DNA from: an uncultured Bacteroidota bacterium
GTDB taxonomy: Bacteria; Bacteroidota; Bacteroidia; Bacteroidales; UBA10428
Direction of reading: 5' to 3'
Length of the DNA: 64,000 nucleotides
NCBI GenBank assembly: GCA_963733535.1
Contig: CAVTDR010000006.1
Coordinates: 1,798,775 to 1,862,774, forward strand
Numbering within the stretch: the stretch's first letter is position 1; the number at the start of each line of letters is the position of its first letter. The position numbers and the translations under genes were made by a program. The notes beneath the pieces were generated by a model that ran no database searches, was not told the origin of the DNA, and was given only the letters and a program-made list of their open reading frames with translations. Positions 36,877-46,500 of this stretch are shown in pieces.

Positions 36877-37686
36877 ATGGATAGCACCAAATATGTACAT
36901 GGATATTCTGAAAGAGAAGCGTTGCGACTAAATGACCAGGCAGCTACATTAGATGACATTATTCACCATGATTCCCTGTTTCCCAAAGATAGTTTGGTTC
37001 TTGAGGCTGGCTGTGGAGTGGGAGCGCAAACAAAAATAATCGCCACAAAAAATCCGGATTCCAATTTCATATCGGTTGATTTATCGGAGGAGTCGATACG
37101 GGAAGCCATAGAGATGATACAATCTTCAGGCATTCATAATGTGGAGTTCAGGCAGGCTGATATGTATCATTTGCCGTTCAATGACGAGACTTTTGATGGT
37201 GTGATGATTTGTTTTGTGCTGGAACACCTTCATAATCCTATACAAGCGCTGAAAGAAGCAAAAAGGGTATTAAAAAATGGAGGAACATTGATAGCCATTG
37301 AGGGCGACCATGGTTCCACATTCTTCTATCCTGATAGTGAGAATGCGTATACAGCTATAAATTGCCAGATTCAACTTCAAAAACAAAGTGGCGGCAACTC
37401 CAATATCGGGAGAGAGCTATATCCTTTATTTAAAACAATTGCGCTTTCTGATATCTCTGTTACACCAAGGGTGGTTTATGTAGACGCAAGCAGACCAAGC
37501 CTTGTAGAAGGATTTATAAAGAATACATTTACAGCAATGATTGAGGGTATTGGTGAAATGGCAATACAGCAGGGCATCGTGGATAGAATGACATTTGAGA
37601 ATGGTATTAAGGATCTATACCGGACATCGGAGCCTGATGGCGTGTTCAGTTATACATTTTTCAAGGGATTTGGAATAAAAAAATAA
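36877..37686 (+). CDS. class I SAM-dependent methyltransferase
   Basis: HGYSEREALRLNDQA N-terminus, motif I VLEAGCGVGAQT, and FDGVMICFVLEHL. Confidence 0.75.
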   Translation: MDSTKYVHGYSEREALRLNDQAATLDDIIHHDSLFPKDSLVLEAGCGVGAQTKIIATKNPDSNFISVDLSEESIREAIEMIQSSGIHNVEFRQADMYHLPFNDETFDGVMICFVLEHLHNPIQALKEAKRVLKNGGTLIAIEGDHGSTFFYPDSENAYTAINCQIQLQKQSGGNSNIGRELYPLFKTIALSDISVTPRVVYVDASRPSLVEGFIKNTFTAMIEGIGEMAIQQGIVDRMTFENGIKDLYRTSEPDGVFSYTFFKGFGIKK

Positions 37687-37934
37687 AACGCAACCTTAGG
37701 GGTATATGTTTATTATTGCTATATAGCCCTGAAAGGGCCTAAGCACAGGGCTATTTGTAACATACCTTCAGTATAATAGGGAGATGCCCTATCCTTTTGC
37801 TTGAAGCCCTTTCAGGGCAAAGTATTCAGTCAGTATTAATCGGGCTTAAATTATATAATTTCTACCCATCGACTAAAATATTTTCTTAGCTTTATGGCTA
37901 TGGTCCACCGCGGTGTTAATTAAAAAAAGGACAA

Positions 37935-38201
37935 ATGAGACCTATACTGATTTTGGCTTTGTTAACCTCACTTTTAGCTTGTGAGAAAAACAGGGAACCA
38001 TCTTTCAATGGAATTGTTGCTGGTGAATATGATTCTGCATCTATGGAACATTATATTTTTAATCCTGAACAGGTCATCATCAATAATGAGATTGGATGTC
38101 ATCGGTATTTAGGAATAGATTCAGTAAATTTAGATCAACACGCTGATTGGGATTTAAAGTTTAGATATTATCTATATAATGACATTGTGGGGGAATGTTA
38201 G
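37935..38201 (+). CDS. hypothetical lipoprotein (may be the 5' part of a split gene)
   Basis: Has an LLACEKN lipobox. It overlaps the next ORF by 7 nt. Confidence 0.35.
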   Translation: MRPILILALLTSLLACEKNREPSFNGIVAGEYDSASMEHYIFNPEQVIINNEIGCHRYLGIDSVNLDQHADWDLKFRYYLYNDIVGEC

Positions 38202-38548
38202 ATCCTATCGGGGATTGTTTTGGCGGGGTATATATAGATAAAACAATTGAAATTCCGGACAATTATCAAATTCATACAGATACGCTGAATTGGGTTAAAC
38301 CACTTGAATTTGGAGCCGTAATCGATTCCAAATTAAACTGGTGTGAGGATAATAGTCTTATCCTTTACAGATTAAGTGGTGTTTCTGGTCCTGGTCAAGG
38401 TTACTGGTTTTGGACAAATATAACGGACGCGAAATATATAGGGATCCGTAAAATTGTAGTTCCAGATACTATTTACGGCTGGTTTCTGCTGGATGCAAGA
38501 GATATTATAAAACTTAAAGAATACACATTTAATCAACCTTTAAAATAA
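38195..38548 (+). CDS. hypothetical protein (may be the 3' part of a split gene)
   Basis: No signal peptide of its own. It overlaps the upstream ORF (ATGTTAG). Confidence 0.35.
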   Translation: MLDPIGDCFGGVYIDKTIEIPDNYQIHTDTLNWVKPLEFGAVIDSKLNWCEDNSLILYRLSGVSGPGQGYWFWTNITDAKYIGIRKIVVPDTIYGWFLLDARDIIKLKEYTFNQPLK

Positions 38549-38557
38549 TAGCCGCGG

Positions 38558-39190
38558 ATGTCTTTTGATTATTTTATAGCCTATTTTGTGATTTTATTAA
38601 TCGCAACCATTACGCCAGGTCCAAGTATGTTATTGGCGTTGAATCACGGAGTGAATCACGGATTCGTTAGGACCCTGAATAGCGGACTGGGGAATTTAAC
38701 AGGAAATCTTCTGATGGCATTGGTTTCAATCGCAGGATTAGGAGCTGTTTTAGCTGCTTCTGGTTTAGTGTTTAATATGATAAAATGGATGGGGATCCTT
38801 TATCTTGTTTACATCGGATTAAAAATAATATTCGAGCCCATTAAAACTGAGAAAACGAATGATAATTGTAGTACGCTAAAAAGCCAAAAAAGCAACCGTA
38901 AATTGTTTATGGATGGGTTTATAATTGCCATTGGTAATCCAAAGGGCATTTTGTTCTTTACTGCATTGTTTCCACAGTTTATAAATGTGAAACATGCCGG
39001 GATAAGCGGATTTATGATTGTTTTTATCACTTTGGGAATGGTGGCTTTCGGGTGTTATATGCTATATGCGGTATTTGGAGTAAAATTGAATGGATTGTTC
39101 CAACTGCCTTCTTTTAGAAAAGTATTTAATCGAATTACCGGTTCATTATTAATTGGAACCGGAATTGCTATTGCATTTTCAAAAAAATAA
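38558..39190 (+). CDS. LysE/RhtB family amino-acid exporter
   Basis: The N-terminal ITPGPSMLLALNHG, the size (~210 aa) and the 6-TM profile are typical of the LysE family. Confidence 0.7.
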   Translation: MSFDYFIAYFVILLIATITPGPSMLLALNHGVNHGFVRTLNSGLGNLTGNLLMALVSIAGLGAVLAASGLVFNMIKWMGILYLVYIGLKIIFEPIKTEKTNDNCSTLKSQKSNRKLFMDGFIIAIGNPKGILFFTALFPQFINVKHAGISGFMIVFITLGMVAFGCYMLYAVFGVKLNGLFQLPSFRKVFNRITGSLLIGTGIAIAFSKK

Positions 39191-39283
39191 ATTGAAAAAG
39201 CTTATTATTGACATAACTATTTTAAAGTCATCAAATTAAAATCTTTATATCGTTTTTTATCTCCTGATTGGCAAAGCCTATTT

Positions 39284-40078
39284 ATGGAGTATAAAGTCGA
39301 TTTCAAACCCAGGTATGGGTATGGAAAACCCGCTCATTCGCTGCTTTATGAAATCATTAATAAAAATCGTTCACTCTATATCGATATTTTACATGAAGCA
39401 GTAAAGAATCAGGAAATATTCCAGCGGATAAAAACAATGAAAGAAGAAAAAGATGATATCAAACCTGTTTATAATAATGGTTACCTGCCTGGATTAGATA
39501 TCATTGGAATTTACACGATCATTCAGAAATTTAAACCAAATACGTATGTTGAAATAGGTTCAGGAAATTCAACCAAAGTTGCATATCAATCGGTTTCTGA
39601 TCATAATTTAAAAACTGAGATTATTTCAATTGACCCCAAACCTCGGGCAGAAATAGGCAAGCTGGCCAACAAAATCATACGAGATGCATTCGAAAATATC
39701 GATGTTGATTTTCTATTTTCCTTAAAAGAGAATGATGTTTTATTTATAGATAACTCGCATCGGATTTTACCCAATTCAGACTCGACTGTTTTTTATTTGG
39801 AAGTTATACCCCGGCTGGCTAAAGGGGTTATTGTTCATATACATGATATATATCTTCCTTACGACTATCCTCAGTTCATGTGTGATCGTTTTTATTCCGA
39901 ACAATATGGATTAGCCATGTATTTAATGGCCAACAGCCATAAATATCATACGATCATGCCGAACTTTTTTATTTCGGAAGATAAAGATTTGAGTTCAATT
40001 TTAAATCCGGTTTGGAACCATCCTCATCTCATTAATGTTGAGCGGCATGGATGTTCTTTCTGGTTGAAGATTCAATAA
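39284..40078 (+). CDS. probable class I SAM-dependent methyltransferase (Methyltransf_24-like)
   Basis: YVEIGSGNSTKV (motif I-like) and VLFIDNSH. This is a low-specificity call. Confidence 0.45.
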   Translation: MEYKVDFKPRYGYGKPAHSLLYEIINKNRSLYIDILHEAVKNQEIFQRIKTMKEEKDDIKPVYNNGYLPGLDIIGIYTIIQKFKPNTYVEIGSGNSTKVAYQSVSDHNLKTEIISIDPKPRAEIGKLANKIIRDAFENIDVDFLFSLKENDVLFIDNSHRILPNSDSTVFYLEVIPRLAKGVIVHIHDIYLPYDYPQFMCDRFYSEQYGLAMYLMANSHKYHTIMPNFFISEDKDLSSILNPVWNHPHLINVERHGCSFWLKIQ

Positions 40079-40138
40079 GAAGCAACTTTAAAGAACTCGG
40101 CATACCTTTAGCAATAAATACTCTAATAACAAGATATC

Positions 40139-40858
40139 ATGATTAAAATATCTACAGTTTTTTTTCTGCTTTTCATTACCCTGCATGGTGAGGCGCAAAT
40201 TTATTTAGACAATAGCCGCAGTAAAGTGGAAAGAAAAGAAGACGCAACTTACTATTTAGTCCTTGATACTGTTGAAAATATTATTACAGAAAAGAGGTAT
40301 CTGATTAACGATACCTTGGTTGAAATTAGCCATTATGCAATCACAAGTGATAAGCTTAAGGAAGGCAAAAACTGCAGGTTCTATGATTCAGGAAAACTAC
40401 AATACGACATAGATTATAGTCAGGGGTTGTTAAATGGATATGTGAAAGGATATTTCGAGAATGGCAATCTGAAAAGAAACGACTTGTACAAAAATGATAC
40501 GCTGATTGAAGGCAAATGTTTTACGGTGGATAATAGGGATACGGCTTATTATATTTTTGAAAGACAGGCAAGTTATTTCGGCAGAGGACTGGAAGGATTC
40601 CGGGTTTTTGTAACAAAAACAGTCCGGTATCCTGCTCAAGCCCATAGAAATGGGATTCAGGGGCGTGTACTTATACAATTTGCCGTAAATTCTAAGGGTA
40701 AGGTGGTTGACGTAAAGGTTATTGAATCACCCAATAGTTTATTAAATAATGCCGCAATTGATGCCGTTATGGCATCTGGTACATGGGAACCTGCTATTCA
40801 GGAAGGAAGAAAAGTAAAACAGCAGTTTGTTATGCCGATCATTTTTTTATTGGAATAG
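40139..40858 (+). CDS. TonB C-terminal domain protein with N-terminal MORN-like repeats
   Basis: YPAQAHRNGIQGRVLIQFAVNSKGKVVDVKVIES...AIDAV...WEPAIQEGRKV is a TonB_C signature. Confidence 0.7.
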   Translation: MIKISTVFFLLFITLHGEAQIYLDNSRSKVERKEDATYYLVLDTVENIITEKRYLINDTLVEISHYAITSDKLKEGKNCRFYDSGKLQYDIDYSQGLLNGYVKGYFENGNLKRNDLYKNDTLIEGKCFTVDNRDTAYYIFERQASYFGRGLEGFRVFVTKTVRYPAQAHRNGIQGRVLIQFAVNSKGKVVDVKVIESPNSLLNNAAIDAVMASGTWEPAIQEGRKVKQQFVMPIIFLLE

Positions 40859-40862
40859 GAAC

Positions 40863-41330
40863 ATGAATATTGATTTTAAAATAGCGCGGGAAGAAGATAT
40901 TCGCGAGATATTGATCATGATGGAACAATTTTATGCCATTGACAATTATCCATTTGACAAGGAAAAAACCCATGGAAACCTTTTGGCTTTTATTGCAGAC
41001 CCAAACCTGGGAAGAGCCTGGGTAATCACATCTGACGATTTCATAATTGGATATATTGTTCTTGCATATGGATATAGTTTTGAACGCGGTGGGCGAGATG
41101 CCTTTATTGATGAGCTGTTTTTAAAAACAGCATTCAGGAGAAAGGGGATTGGTAAACTTGCCATGGACTTTATCAAAAATGAAGCTCCGAAATTGGGGAT
41201 TCATGCCATTCATCTCGAAGTAGAGCCACACAATACCGGAGGATTGAAGCTTTATTTAGAGAAGGGTTTTATGGAAAATGGAAGAATTTTAATGTCGAAA
41301 GAGATAGATAACGGTAAGATAGAATTATAG
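40863..41330 (+). CDS. GNAT family N-acetyltransferase
   Basis: ATG at 40863 (MNIDFKIARE..). It has IDELFLKTAFRRKGIGKLAM (the R/Q-x-x-G-x-G/A motif). Confidence 0.75.
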   Translation: MNIDFKIAREEDIREILIMMEQFYAIDNYPFDKEKTHGNLLAFIADPNLGRAWVITSDDFIIGYIVLAYGYSFERGGRDAFIDELFLKTAFRRKGIGKLAMDFIKNEAPKLGIHAIHLEVEPHNTGGLKLYLEKGFMENGRILMSKEIDNGKIEL

Positions 41331-41748
41331 GCGGAGCCGAGCTAATCCCGCGTTTAGAGCAATAAATTCCTTTTTAATTCCCGTAGCATATATATCGTAC
41401 CTGACGGCACTTTTTAATTGCTACATATGTTTCTACCAATATAATGTCCCTAAAGGGACGGCCATAAACAGGCATACAAACAATTTGAGATTAACCTTTG
41501 TAAAAAATAAAATACGAGAAATGCTTTATTCTTAACAACTGGCAAAAAGATGAACATCGTTTTATTTAATTGTTCGCGTGGAGGTTTTGTTTTATAAATC
41601 ATGAACAAAATGATGAAGATTGTTTTTTTACATTGTTCATAAACATTATTTTTTCTATACTTTTATAAATGAGTCGTTAACAAAAAATAATACAACCCAA
41701 TATTGGAAAATATATACACATGTTCATAAGTCTAATGTATAGAATCGC

Positions 41749-42462
41749 ATGAAAATTACCTTGATTTCTTCGTTATGCCTGCTGAGTCTTTGCCTTTCTT
41801 CAACTGCACAGGAACAGCCTAATTCAAAAACTTATTGGAATGCATTGTATCAATCTGTAGTCAATGCATACGGGTTTGACCAGGTTTTGGTAAACGGCTT
41901 CGGTTATGAAGATGAATACCGGGAATCTGTCGGTCATCCTTTCCTGTATGAACAGTTTAATAAGGGTTCATTGGTATTCAGGGAAAGGGAATATCAGGGG
42001 GTGGATATTAAGTATGACATTCACAAACAGCGGGTGATTCTTTATGTCCGGCAAAACAATTTGAATACATGGATCATTCCTCCAAACGATTTTATTTCGT
42101 CTTTTCATATTGGCGATCAATTGTTTGTGAAGTATGCATTTCAGGGAGAACCTGGATTTTATCAGGCTATATTTGATGCAGAAGAACTAAAATGCCTGTA
42201 TTACTGGTCGAAATTAAGATATGATTCTGATCATAATAAAGACTATAATTCCTTCAGATTTACAGATAGCAGGCGAAAAACCTATCTTTTTACGGGAGGT
42301 GTTTTAAAGAAATACAGTAATAACAGTTCTTTTGTCAGGTTATTCCCGCAAGAGAGTCAGATGGGAATAAAACAATATATAAAGAATAACAAAATCAATG
42401 TTGCCAACAGCAGTGATGTCGACATAAAAAAACTAGTAACCTATTGTAAAACATTATTATAA
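41749..42462 (+). CDS. hypothetical secreted protein
   Basis: Has a signal peptide and is the first gene of the TonB-receptor cluster. Confidence 0.5.
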   Translation: MKITLISSLCLLSLCLSSTAQEQPNSKTYWNALYQSVVNAYGFDQVLVNGFGYEDEYRESVGHPFLYEQFNKGSLVFREREYQGVDIKYDIHKQRVILYVRQNNLNTWIIPPNDFISSFHIGDQLFVKYAFQGEPGFYQAIFDAEELKCLYYWSKLRYDSDHNKDYNSFRFTDSRRKTYLFTGGVLKKYSNNSSFVRLFPQESQMGIKQYIKNNKINVANSSDVDIKKLVTYCKTLL

Positions 42463-42499
42463 CCCGGACTATAAATCGCTTAAAAGGGATAGAACTGTA

Positions 42500-45277
42500 A
42501 TGATTAAAACATTGTTTATTACCTGCATAGCCTTAAATCTTTATATATCGATTTCGGGTCAGCAACCTGACTCTGCAGTTATATCGGGCAACTTCAAGAA
42601 TGCTTCATTTGAAGAATTTGTTGAAAACATAGAAAAGAGTACATCCTTAAAATTCTTTTATTCGGAGGATTGGGTAAAAAATGTAACGATTACTTTTTCT
42701 GGTACAAATACGCCACTTGCCCAAGTGTTGGATGATCAGTTTAAAAAGAAGGATCTGGCTTTTTTTATAGATGGCAACCATGTATATGTTTATCCGGGAA
42801 CCCCAATTTTAACAGAACTTCCCGGGTACAAATCAGCGCAGGATACTACAGCGAAAAAGGATTCCTTACAGGGCATTACAGAAACTGAAAGAAAATATAT
42901 TGAGGGCAGTAAGGTAGCTTTGGTTGATGTCCTGGAGATAGGGGATCAGCGCAAAACCGTAAAAGGTGTAAAGTGCGCAATTAGCGGGAGAATTGTTACC
43001 GAATCAAATGGGGAACCGCTGATCGGCGCTACTGTTTTTATTGATGCCCTCAAGACGGGCGCTATGACTGACGTAGATGGGAGATTTAAACTGATACTGA
43101 ATCCGGGTAAATACAAGGCTGTTTTCAACTATATGTCGATGAAGCCACAGGAGTATTATCTACAGGTATATTCAAGCGGCCAGATTACCGTTGTAATGAA
43201 AAAAGAGCTCATTGAAATAGATGAAGTAAAGATATCTGCCAATCGCAACGACAATATCAGAGGAATACAAATGGGTTATGAACGGATTTCTGCTAAAACA
43301 ATAAAAGAAATTCCGGTCGTTTTTGGAGAAAAGGATGTGCTGAAAGTAGCGCAGATGTTACCCGGTGTTCTGAATTCGGGTGAAGGATCATCCGGATTTA
43401 ATGTCAGAGGGGGTTCAGCCGATCAGAATATGTTTTATTTCAATAAGGTACCCGTTTATAACACATCGCACTTATTTGGTTTCTTTACTTCTTTCAATCC
43501 GGATGTCATAAACGATTTCACACTTTATAAAAGCAATATTCCGGCAAGTTATGGAGGTAGATTGGCTTCCGTATTCAATATTACCACCCGGCAGGGAAGT
43601 AAGAAAAAGTTTTTCGGGCAAGGCGGAATTAGTCCCATTACCGGCCATTTTTCAGTTGAAATGCCTGTAATCAAGGACAAAGTTTCTATTGTAATAAGTG
43701 GTCGAAGTTCCTATTCGGACTGGATTCTAAAAAAAATAAAAGATCCGGATATCCGGAAAAGCAGCGCTTTCTTTTATGATGGCACTTTCTCTGTGAATGC
43801 AGAGATCAATGATAAAAACCTGATCAAGGCCTTCGGCTATATCAGTGAAGACAGATTTTCATTATCATCTATTAACGATTATGATTATTCAAACACAGGA
43901 TCATCCCTGTTGTGGAAACATCTATTTTCTAACTCGATAACTATGGATGCTGCAGTCATTTACAGCGGCTATTCATTCGAAAATACGAATAAAACGAACC
44001 TGTCTACTGCGTACAGGCAAAAATATGTTTTGGATCACTATGAATTCCGGACTGATTTTTCCCTGATTAACAAAGCAAATCACAGGATAGAATTCGGAAC
44101 CAGTGAAATCCTGTATAAACTTGACCGGGGATCTATTTCTCCATTCGGGGACGAGTCGAACCGGACTCCTGTAAATCTTGGAAAAGAAACAGGCCTTGAA
44201 TGTGCATTTTACCTTTCGGATGAGTTTACCTTATTTAAAAAACTGACCGTTTTAAGCGGTCTCAGATATAGTTTATTCTATCAGTACGGTCCGGCTGTAA
44301 TTAACAAATACTATTCCAACATACCTACAACAGAGAATATTAGAGAGACCCGAACCTATAATAAAGGAGAGCTGATCAAATCCTATTCTGGTCCTGAATA
44401 CAGAGTTGCCCTCAACTACATGCTGAGTAGTAATAGTTCTGTAAAGGCCTCCTATAACAGAATGTACCAGTATATTTTCATGCTTAGCAATACCATTGCA
44501 ATTTCACCTGATGACAAATGGAAAATTTGTGATTACCATATTTCACCTCCTGTTTCGGATCAGATTTCGGCCGGGTATTACCGGAATTTTATGAACGGAA
44601 GTATTAAGACCAATCTGGAACTATACTATAAATGGATCGACAATCCTGTGGAGTATAAGGATGGTACGGATTTTACTTCTCCTGATCCCATTGAAACTCA
44701 GTTATTGCAGGGAAAACAACATGTTTATGGGATAGAAATGATGATCAGCAAAACCAGCGGTAAAACCACCGGATGGCTGTCGTATTGTTATTCCCGCTCT
44801 TTAGTTAAGGTTGATGGAGGAATAAGGGCGCTTCAGATAAACAATGGCATCGAATATCCCTCCAATTATGACCGGCCGCATAGTATAAACCTTGTTTTCA
44901 ATCATAATGTAAACAGAAGGTTAAGCTGGTCTACAAATTTTGTTTATTCAACAGGTCGTCCTATTACTTTTCCGATATCTGTATATTATTCTGAAGGGCA
45001 GGAGATGCTTCATTTTTCAAAAAGAAATGAGTACAGGATACCCGATTATATCAGAATGGATTTATCCATAAAATTGGAGGGCAGCCTTTTCAAAAAGAAG
45101 GCCATTCACAGTTACTGGTCTGTTAATTTGTATAACGTCCTGGGGCGCAGAAATGCATATTCAGTTTATTACAGTGCTCAGAACGGGAAAGTAACAGGGC
45201 ATAAAATGGCCATATTTGGCGTGCCCCTGTTTACTGTTTCCTGGAATTATAAATTCGGCAACTATCTGAACGATTAA
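42500..45277 (+). CDS. TonB-dependent receptor-like outer-membrane protein with carboxypeptidase-regulatory-like domain
   Basis: ISGRIVTESNGEPLIGATVFI..TDVDGRFKL (CarboxypepD_reg), a plug-like region (VLKVAQMLPGV..GSSGFNVRGG) and a long beta-barrel region. Confidence 0.7.
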   Translation: MIKTLFITCIALNLYISISGQQPDSAVISGNFKNASFEEFVENIEKSTSLKFFYSEDWVKNVTITFSGTNTPLAQVLDDQFKKKDLAFFIDGNHVYVYPGTPILTELPGYKSAQDTTAKKDSLQGITETERKYIEGSKVALVDVLEIGDQRKTVKGVKCAISGRIVTESNGEPLIGATVFIDALKTGAMTDVDGRFKLILNPGKYKAVFNYMSMKPQEYYLQVYSSGQITVVMKKELIEIDEVKISANRNDNIRGIQMGYERISAKTIKEIPVVFGEKDVLKVAQMLPGVLNSGEGSSGFNVRGGSADQNMFYFNKVPVYNTSHLFGFFTSFNPDVINDFTLYKSNIPASYGGRLASVFNITTRQGSKKKFFGQGGISPITGHFSVEMPVIKDKVSIVISGRSSYSDWILKKIKDPDIRKSSAFFYDGTFSVNAEINDKNLIKAFGYISEDRFSLSSINDYDYSNTGSSLLWKHLFSNSITMDAAVIYSGYSFENTNKTNLSTAYRQKYVLDHYEFRTDFSLINKANHRIEFGTSEILYKLDRGSISPFGDESNRTPVNLGKETGLECAFYLSDEFTLFKKLTVLSGLRYSLFYQYGPAVINKYYSNIPTTENIRETRTYNKGELIKSYSGPEYRVALNYMLSSNSSVKASYNRMYQYIFMLSNTIAISPDDKWKICDYHISPPVSDQISAGYYRNFMNGSIKTNLELYYKWIDNPVEYKDGTDFTSPDPIETQLLQGKQHVYGIEMMISKTSGKTTGWLSYCYSRSLVKVDGGIRALQINNGIEYPSNYDRPHSINLVFNHNVNRRLSWSTNFVYSTGRPITFPISVYYSEGQEMLHFSKRNEYRIPDYIRMDLSIKLEGSLFKKKAIHSYWSVNLYNVLGRRNAYSVYYSAQNGKVTGHKMAIFGVPLFTVSWNYKFGNYLND

Positions 45278-45281
45278 TAAT

Positions 45282-46499
45282 ATGAAAATCATTTCCCAAC
45301 TAAAATATAAGTACCACTTCCCGGCAATCATCAGCATTGTGTTTTTTTTCACAGGTTGTATCAGCCCATATGAACCCGATTTTAAAGGAGAAGAAGGGCT
45401 GCTGGTGGTGGACGGAAGCCTCATAAAAGGTAATGAAACCCAGGTGGTCGTGATTTCAAAAACATCTCCCATAACGCTGCCCGAATATCTGCCGGTGGAA
45501 AACTGCAATGTAAGGATTACGGATAATAACGGAACTGAGTTTGTTTTTGATGAAGAATCGCCCGGAAAATATGTGGCCCATATCGATGACGCCTTGCTGA
45601 GTTACGACAACCAGTATAAACTGAGTTTCACGACTTCGACGGGAGATGTGTATGAATCGAACTTCCAGGAGCTATTGGAAACAGCTGCTGTAGATAGTAT
45701 TTATGGTATTCGTGAATTTCATTATTCTCCTAAAACCGAAGCGGAAACAAACAGTGGCTTGCAGTTTTATGTGGATTTGGATGCTCCTGTTCAAGCCTCC
45801 AGGTTTTATCGTTGGGTGCTTGAGGAGACGTGGGAGAGTTTCCTGGAAAAGAGTATATGGGGTGTATATGACGGACAGACCATTGAACGCTTCTACCCGG
45901 CTGATAGTTTGCAGCATTGCTGGAAAACCAAAGATGTTGCCGGTTTGTATTCTGCATCAACGGTTCAATTATCCGCAAACCGTATAAAAAAAGTTCCGCT
46001 TCATTTTGTAGAAAGTAGTTCGGAAAAGCTATTTGTTACATACTGTGCAACCATTAAACAATATGCATTAAATGCGGAAGCCTATGATTACTGGTATGAA
46101 AAAGAAAGGGAATTAAAAGAATCCGGTAATATATATGCCATCCAACCCAGCCAGCCAAAATCGAATATTCATAACATCAATAACCCGGACGAACTGGTGA
46201 TGGGATTTTTCTGGGTATCATCTTTTACTATAAAGCGCGTGTTTGTAAAAAAACCAGATCCCGAACCCATGAAGTTTGTAATGTGCAGTAGTCTCGGAGC
46301 TTATTGTGAATCTGAAGATTTCAACGATGTAGTGGAAAGTATAAATGTGGCAATGACAACTTTTGCTAACCTACTTACTGAGCCGCCTCTTTATATTACC
46401 AGACAATTTGGTACCCAATATAGTGTTCACTTATCGCCCCAGTGTGTAGATTGCAGAGTTCTTGGCGGGGATAATCGGAAACCTGAATTCTGGGAATAG
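45282..46499 (+). CDS. DUF4249 family lipoprotein, paralogue 1
   Basis: FFTGCISPYEPDF..LVVDGSL start, and its position right after a TonB-dependent receptor is typical. Confidence 0.65.
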   Translation: MKIISQLKYKYHFPAIISIVFFFTGCISPYEPDFKGEEGLLVVDGSLIKGNETQVVVISKTSPITLPEYLPVENCNVRITDNNGTEFVFDEESPGKYVAHIDDALLSYDNQYKLSFTTSTGDVYESNFQELLETAAVDSIYGIREFHYSPKTEAETNSGLQFYVDLDAPVQASRFYRWVLEETWESFLEKSIWGVYDGQTIERFYPADSLQHCWKTKDVAGLYSASTVQLSANRIKKVPLHFVESSSEKLFVTYCATIKQYALNAEAYDYWYEKERELKESGNIYAIQPSQPKSNIHNINNPDELVMGFFWVSSFTIKRVFVKKPDPEPMKFVMCSSLGAYCESEDFNDVVESINVAMTTFANLLTEPPLYITRQFGTQYSVHLSPQCVDCRVLGGDNRKPEFWE

Positions 46500-46500
46500 A

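Noticed and set aside
36701-36931. 76-aa ORF overlapping the start of the methyltransferase gene
   Set aside because: It begins in REP-like DNA (gactcctccggagtc hairpin) and overlaps the well-supported start of 36877..37686. It has no recognisable features.
45161-45508. Conserved antisense ORFs 45161..45508 and 46431..46754 (both MQFSTGRYSGSVMGDVFEITTTWVS..)
   Set aside because: Their similarity is explained by the duplication of the sense-strand DUF4249 genes. They overlap the well-supported + strand genes completely.
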